A model generated the notes under the pieces. It was given only the letters and a program-made list of their open reading frames with translations. It ran no database searches and was not told where the DNA came from. Shown one piece after another: positions 59,598-64,000 of a stretch of 64,000 nt of DNA (position 1 is its first letter; each line of letters opens with the position of its first letter). The position numbers were made by a program, and so were the translations under genes. The DNA comes from Candidatus Nezhaarchaeales archaeon (GTDB taxonomy: Archaea; Thermoproteota; Methanomethylicia; Nezhaarchaeales; JAWCJE01): NCBI GenBank assembly GCA_038853715.1, contig JAWCJE010000010.1, positions 378-64,377 of the forward strand, written 5' to 3'.

Positions 59598-60585
59598 TGA
59601 GGAGGCTCGAAGGATTAGCGTTAACCATTACGAGTACTACTCTAAGCTTAAGGATTTCGTTTTACGTGGAGGTAAGAGGTTAAGGCCTGTATCGCTAATT
59701 ATGGCTTACAAGGGCATTAAAGGTGTAATCGACGAGGGCGTGGTGAGGGCCTCGTTATGCGTTGAGCTTCTCCACAACTCAAGCCTCATCCACGACGATA
59801 TAATGGATAGGGACGAGTATAGGAGGGGGGAGCCTACCTTTCACGCCCTTTATAGGGAATGGTATAGGCGGGTTAAGGCTGAGTTAAATGAGCACTTCGG
59901 AGTATCGATGGGGATCCTTGGGGGTGATTCCCTATTCAACATGGGGTTCGAGATCTTAAGTAACGCACCCTTCCACCCAAGCTTGGTTATAAGGTCGCTT
60001 AACCATTATGTAGAGGCGTATAGGGAGCTGGTGGATGGGATGATCCTCGATATGATGCTCCCCCTCCTACCATCAGCTAGCGAGGAGGACTACATGTTAA
60101 TGGTTTCCCTTAAAACTGGGGCCCTATTTGAGAAGTCGATAGCTATAGGCGCAACTCTAGCTGGGGGGAGTGAATTGCAGGTAAGTAAACTAAGCGAGTA
60201 CGCCCAATTAGCAGCTCAAGCCTTTCAAGTGAGGGACGACGTACTTGGGCTCTTTGGAGGGGAGGAGGTGGGGAAACCTATTGGTAGTGATCTACGCGAG
60301 GGTAAAAGGACCTTGATAGTTATTAAAGCCTTAGAGGGTGCGACTCAGGACGACAGGATTAAGCTTCAAAGGCTTTTAGGTAAGCGTGACTTAACGATCC
60401 AAGAAGTTGAGGAGGCTAAACGCATCATTATCTCTACGGGCGCCTTAAACTACGCTCAGGCTAAGGCGTTAAAGCTTGTTGAAGCGGCTAAACAAAAGTT
60501 AAAGGAGGCCAAACCCCCCTTAAACAAGGAGGCTGAGGCCTTCTTTATAGAGCTAACGGACTTCTTCATTGAGCGAAGCTACTAG
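59503..60585 (+). CDS. Polyprenyl (geranylgeranyl) diphosphate synthase
   Basis: GGKRLRP, LIHDDIMDRDEYRRG, KTG, FQVRDDVLG, GKPIGSDLREGKRT. Confidence 0.93.
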   Translation: MNNALNEYFNAKIKELSERVNNALNEYFNAKIEEARRISVNHYEYYSKLKDFVLRGGKRLRPVSLIMAYKGIKGVIDEGVVRASLCVELLHNSSLIHDDIMDRDEYRRGEPTFHALYREWYRRVKAELNEHFGVSMGILGGDSLFNMGFEILSNAPFHPSLVIRSLNHYVEAYRELVDGMILDMMLPLLPSASEEDYMLMVSLKTGALFEKSIAIGATLAGGSELQVSKLSEYAQLAAQAFQVRDDVLGLFGGEEVGKPIGSDLREGKRTLIVIKALEGATQDDRIKLQRLLGKRDLTIQEVEEAKRIIISTGALNYAQAKALKLVEAAKQKLKEAKPPLNKEAEAFFIELTDFFIERSY

Positions 60586-60703
60586 AGTAAGCAGGTCTTC
60601 ATAGGATCAACGTAAACTTCATCGGCCGCCTTAGCTAACTCAAGCTCTTCAAGCGTAAGCCCCTTCTCACTATGCAACCCTATGCTTACGAGGCGGGGAC
60701 CAT
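60582..60703 (-). pseudogene. dph5: N-terminal fragment of diphthine synthase Dph5
   Basis: Minus strand reads RLVSIGLHSEKGLTLEELELAKAADEVYVD then stops. The ATG at 60703 is out of frame. Confidence 0.6.
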
Positions 60704-60849
60704 ACTAAAACAGCCCTCAACCTTTCCATGTTAAGCTGAAACCGCTTAAGCAGGAGTGCTTAAAGATTATTGGAAGCTTAAAGACTTAACGCTTTACTTA
60801 GTTCCCTTTGAAATAGCTGAAGGTTTATACCATAGGCCCCGCGTGAAGC

Positions 60850-61677
60850 TTATTCCTCTTCAAACTCTCCAACCTCCTTTAACGGTATTTTAAGCTTCTT
60901 AGCTAACTTATTAAGGTCTAAGGGGGTAACTCCGTCCTTTGTAACCGTGAAGGCTGCCCAAGAAAGTTCGTGAGGCGCCCCCTTCAACTTCCTAATCCTT
61001 AACTGCTTAAGCAGGTAGCCAAGTGATAGGAGGCTGGGCTCATACCTGAAGTCTATGATTACGTCCGCTACGTATTCGAGTAGCTCGTAGAACTGTTCAA
61101 GTATTCTTAACCCTAGGTGTACGGAGGCTAAGCTAAGTATGTTACGCTTCTTAACGTATTCAGCACGCCACTTCTTAATGGATTCGATCACCTTTAAGGG
61201 TTCATCCAAGGAGAAAAGCTCGGTTATAGAGTCAATAACTAGGAGGCCTCTTCCTTCGATTTTAAACTTGTCAACAACCGCTGATATGGCGTTCGTAACA
61301 TCGTGTAGGTTTTTAGGGTTTTCAACGTACGTTACGTGGGGCGGCATCTTAGAGGGGTCCGGGCTCATCCTGAAGCTGTAGCAATCTATGAAGTGAAGCG
61401 TACCTTTCTCGGCATAGCTTTTTATATCGGAGCCTGTGGACTCCCCTATATACTCTATGGAGAATGGAGCGTCGTCGAAGCATACGAAAACCACCGGTTT
61501 ATCCGTTTTTAACGCCTCCTTCACCACCTGAAGAAGCAACACCGACTTACCAGTACCGCTTTCACCTGAAAGTATTACTAAGCTATTTTTAGGCAAACCT
61601 TCAGGAGCTAGGGAGTCTAATAGCTTAACGCCTGTTCTAATAAGTTCGACCTTAGGCTTATCCATTAAATCCACCAC
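60850..61677 (-). CDS. RAD55/KaiC-like RecA-superfamily ATPase
   Basis: TGVKLLD, GESGTGKS, FIDCYS, LVIDSI, LRIRKLKG. Confidence 0.9.
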   Translation of the reverse strand: MVDLMDKPKVELIRTGVKLLDSLAPEGLPKNSLVILSGESGTGKSVLLLQVVKEALKTDKPVVFVCFDDAPFSIEYIGESTGSDIKSYAEKGTLHFIDCYSFRMSPDPSKMPPHVTYVENPKNLHDVTNAISAVVDKFKIEGRGLLVIDSITELFSLDEPLKVIESIKKWRAEYVKKRNILSLASVHLGLRILEQFYELLEYVADVIIDFRYEPSLLSLGYLLKQLRIRKLKGAPHELSWAAFTVTKDGVTPLDLNKLAKKLKIPLKEVGEFEEE

Positions 61678-61784
61678 TTAACCCTAAACGGTTTAACCTC
61701 CTTCCTTCTTGCTTGATTCTGTGTTTAATTTTAACGCTTATAAGCCTAAGCCTCTAGAAACTATACCGCCAGCGGTGAAGGCGT

Positions 61785-61934
61785 GTGAAGGTTGTAACCG
61801 TTAAGCTTCCAGAGTTTTTATTAAAGAAGCTCGACGAGCTTGTTGAGGCCGGCATATTCCCCTCTAGAAGCGAGGCGATAAGAACCGCGTTAAGAAACCA
61901 GATAGAGAAGGAGCTAGCTAACCTCGAAAAGTAG
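61785..61934 (+). CDS. CopG/ribbon-helix-helix regulator (49 aa, below the ORF-track cutoff)
   Basis: MKVVTVKLPEFLLKKLDELVEAGIFPSRSEAIRTALR. Confidence 0.85.
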   Translation: MKVVTVKLPEFLLKKLDELVEAGIFPSRSEAIRTALRNQIEKELANLEK

Positions 61935-61935
61935 G

Positions 61936-62955
61936 TTGCTTGAAAACTTGCTCCCCCTCAATGAAGAGGTGAGGAAGGGGGATGCATCTATGCATACCTT
62001 CTTCATTGAGTACTTAAAGAAGTTTCCAACGGCGCTTAAACTAGCGTTAACCGGTGAAGTAGTGTTACCGCAGAGCTACCTGAAGGTTAAATGTATAGTT
62101 ATATCCGGTATGGGTGGATCCGCGGCGGCTGGAGATATAGTTAAGGATTGGCTTTATAGGGAGGTTAACATACCGATCGAGGTCGTAAAGGGTTATAACC
62201 TACCTGCCTACGCCGATGAAAATACGCTACTTATCTGCGTAAGCTACTCGGGGGATACTTGGGAAACCCTAACCCAGTTTGAGCAAGGATGGCTTAAGGG
62301 ATGTAGGTTAGTAGCCATCTCCTCCGGTGGGGCTTTAAAGGCTAGGGCGGAAGAGCTTAAAACGCCCTACGTAGAGGTCCCTAGGGGTTTACTACCGAGA
62401 CTGGCTTTACCGCAGCTTTTAGCGGGCATTATAAAGGTTTTAAGGAGTATAGGGATTGTGGGTGAAGTCAATATTGAGGGATTGGAGGGATTGGAGCCTA
62501 TGGTTAGGGGGTACGCGGAGAAGCTAGCTATGGCTATTAAGGATAAAACCCCCATAGCCATTAGCGTTTACCCCTCGGTATGCTTCAGGTTTAAAACCCA
62601 GCTTAACGAAAACGCTAAAATCCTAGCTAAATGCGAAGTACTCCCCGAGCTCAACCATAACGAGGTGGAGTCATGGGTCAACCTGAGCCCCGGCTTCACG
62701 GTGATAGCCTTCAGAGATGAAAGGGAGGAGGCTAAGAAAGTTAAGGAGGCTATCGAGGTGCTTAAGGAGGTTGTTAGCGAAAAGGCCTCGTGGTTTGACG
62801 TATACGCCGAGGGTACTTCAAGGCTTGAACGAATACTCCACTTAGTATGGCTAGGCGACTATACATCTTACCTAGCGGCCATTCAAAGAGGTATAAACCC
62901 CGTTAAGATAGATATTATCGAGCTGTTAAAGAAGAGGGTGGCTAAAATACGTTAA
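61936..62955 (+). CDS. Bifunctional phosphoglucose/phosphomannose isomerase
   Basis: GMGGS, SYSGDT.ET, PR.ALP, RFKTQLNENAK, PELNHNE. Confidence 0.92.
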   Translation: MLENLLPLNEEVRKGDASMHTFFIEYLKKFPTALKLALTGEVVLPQSYLKVKCIVISGMGGSAAAGDIVKDWLYREVNIPIEVVKGYNLPAYADENTLLICVSYSGDTWETLTQFEQGWLKGCRLVAISSGGALKARAEELKTPYVEVPRGLLPRLALPQLLAGIIKVLRSIGIVGEVNIEGLEGLEPMVRGYAEKLAMAIKDKTPIAISVYPSVCFRFKTQLNENAKILAKCEVLPELNHNEVESWVNLSPGFTVIAFRDEREEAKKVKEAIEVLKEVVSEKASWFDVYAEGTSRLERILHLVWLGDYTSYLAAIQRGINPVKIDIIELLKKRVAKIR

Positions 62956-63183
62956 AACGTTAAGGATGGGCTTCCAACCATTTAGGTGAAAGCTTTAACG
63001 TAACTAAAGACCTAAACCGCTGCGGGATTCATAGTTTTTCATTCCTTCCCTTTCACCTCTATCTTTACGGGTTCATTGAGGGCTTTCGGGGCAATTGGAA
63101 TGATGAACTGTTGTGAAAGCCTAAAAGGCGTAGTGAAGCTTTAAAGATCCGCTTTAAATCTGCGGGAAATTAACGTATTTTTA

Positions 63184-63618
63184 TCACAGGTATCTTGAGA
63201 GTTTCGGTAGGCTTTTTCCAAGTACCTTCTTAGCTGTGTATATTATGGCGTTAGCGTAAAGGATCGTGAAGTCTGAAACGTCTTCAGCTGGTATCCCCCA
63301 TTCCTTAGCCTCCTTCGAGTATAGGGCTTTAAGGACGTCTGGGAATTCAGGGGAGTACTTCTGCATGAAGTAGTAGATCTCTAAATAGGATAGAGGTTTT
63401 ACGCGTAATACCCACTCCGTGGCCTCATCTAGCTTATAGTCTACTAATTCAGCGTTCATAGCTTTAGCGATGACCCCTATTTCCTCCCTAGTTATCTTGG
63501 CCAATATGGTGAGCCTCTGCTCCAACGCCGACTCCACGAACCTTTTATGCGCAAAACCACCTTCAAACTCCGTTATCCCGATAAGGTTTTTAAACACCTC
63601 CTTTGACGCCTCCCCCAT
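63184..63618 (-). CDS. Hypothetical protein (distant DUF3786-like)
   Basis: 144-aa ORF with upstream GGGGGT RBS; EFP...ED motif. Confidence 0.65.
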   Translation of the reverse strand: MGEASKEVFKNLIGITEFEGGFAHKRFVESALEQRLTILAKITREEIGVIAKAMNAELVDYKLDEATEWVLRVKPLSYLEIYYFMQKYSPEFPDVLKALYSKEAKEWGIPAEDVSDFTILYANAIIYTAKKVLGKSLPKLSRYL

Positions 63619-63661
63619 AGTATTGTTACCCCCTTTAAAGGTGATAATTTGATAGGTTTAT

Positions 63662-64000
63662 TGCTTTGTGGCTTAATTCTTTAAGCTTTTTATGTCTTGC
63701 TTTAATCTATGTATTGGTCTGTTGTTGATGAGAGGCTTATTAGGCGTGGTGAGCTCCTACTTGGCTTAGACTTTCTTGAGGGCTATGACGCTGAACTCAC
63801 GGGTTTGAATGTTGGTAAGGTTGGACGCCCCTTTAAGATTACCGTTAGGTATGTTGAGTTCCTCACTGTTGTGCGTTATCTCTTCTCAATGCCTTATAGG
63901 CAGCTTGAAGGCTTCACTAGGGCTTTAAATAGGCTTATCCCTAAGCTTCCATCAGTTGATTACTCATGGGTTAGGAGGCGTATATTAAGGCTTAACCCAT
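63662..64000 (+). mobile_element. IS5-family (IS903-like) element: left end and transposase N-terminus (ATG 63709), runs off the window
   Basis: MYWSVVDERLIRRGELLL...GKVGRPF...MPYRQLEGF...DYSWVRRR; gctttgtggcttaa resembles an IS903-type terminal repeat. Confidence 0.85.

Noticed and set aside
63099..63165. Possible C/D box sRNA (ATGATGA)
   Set aside because: No properly placed CTGA D box or terminal stem

Overview
Archaeal chromosomal segment, inferred to come from a TACK-type thermophile (Alba, arcadin-1, Nre, AGOG, Rpo6, tetraether synthase). It carries much of the H4MPT/methanofuran C1 branch (mtd, fused fwdD-B, fwdA, fwdC, ftr, mch), cofactor genes (cofE, mptN-like, mobA/fdhD/mobB, citG-like), fatty-acid oxidation and electron transfer genes (acyl-CoA dehydrogenase, etfAB, membrane Fe-S oxidoreductase, menA), UDP-sugar genes, and DNA repair and housekeeping genes. 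The strongest unusual signal is a 26-nt insertion (33754-33779) in a radical SAM protein-coding gene. It forms a canonical bulge-helix-bulge (BHB) splicing motif, and its precise removal restores the frame and the conserved WYGG-IATADC motif, so it is a candidate archaeal mRNA intron. Other observations: a dispersed intergenic 11+1+11 tandem palindrome resembling mini-ORB elements, a probable ACG start codon, an orphan arcadin-1, a citG/nucleotidyltransferase operon, N-terminal relics of both dph2 and dph5, a 23-nt tandem repeat array, and several IS5/IS6/LAGLIDADG relics. No tRNA, rRNA or CRISPR array was found. All family assignments come from motif recognition, not database searches.
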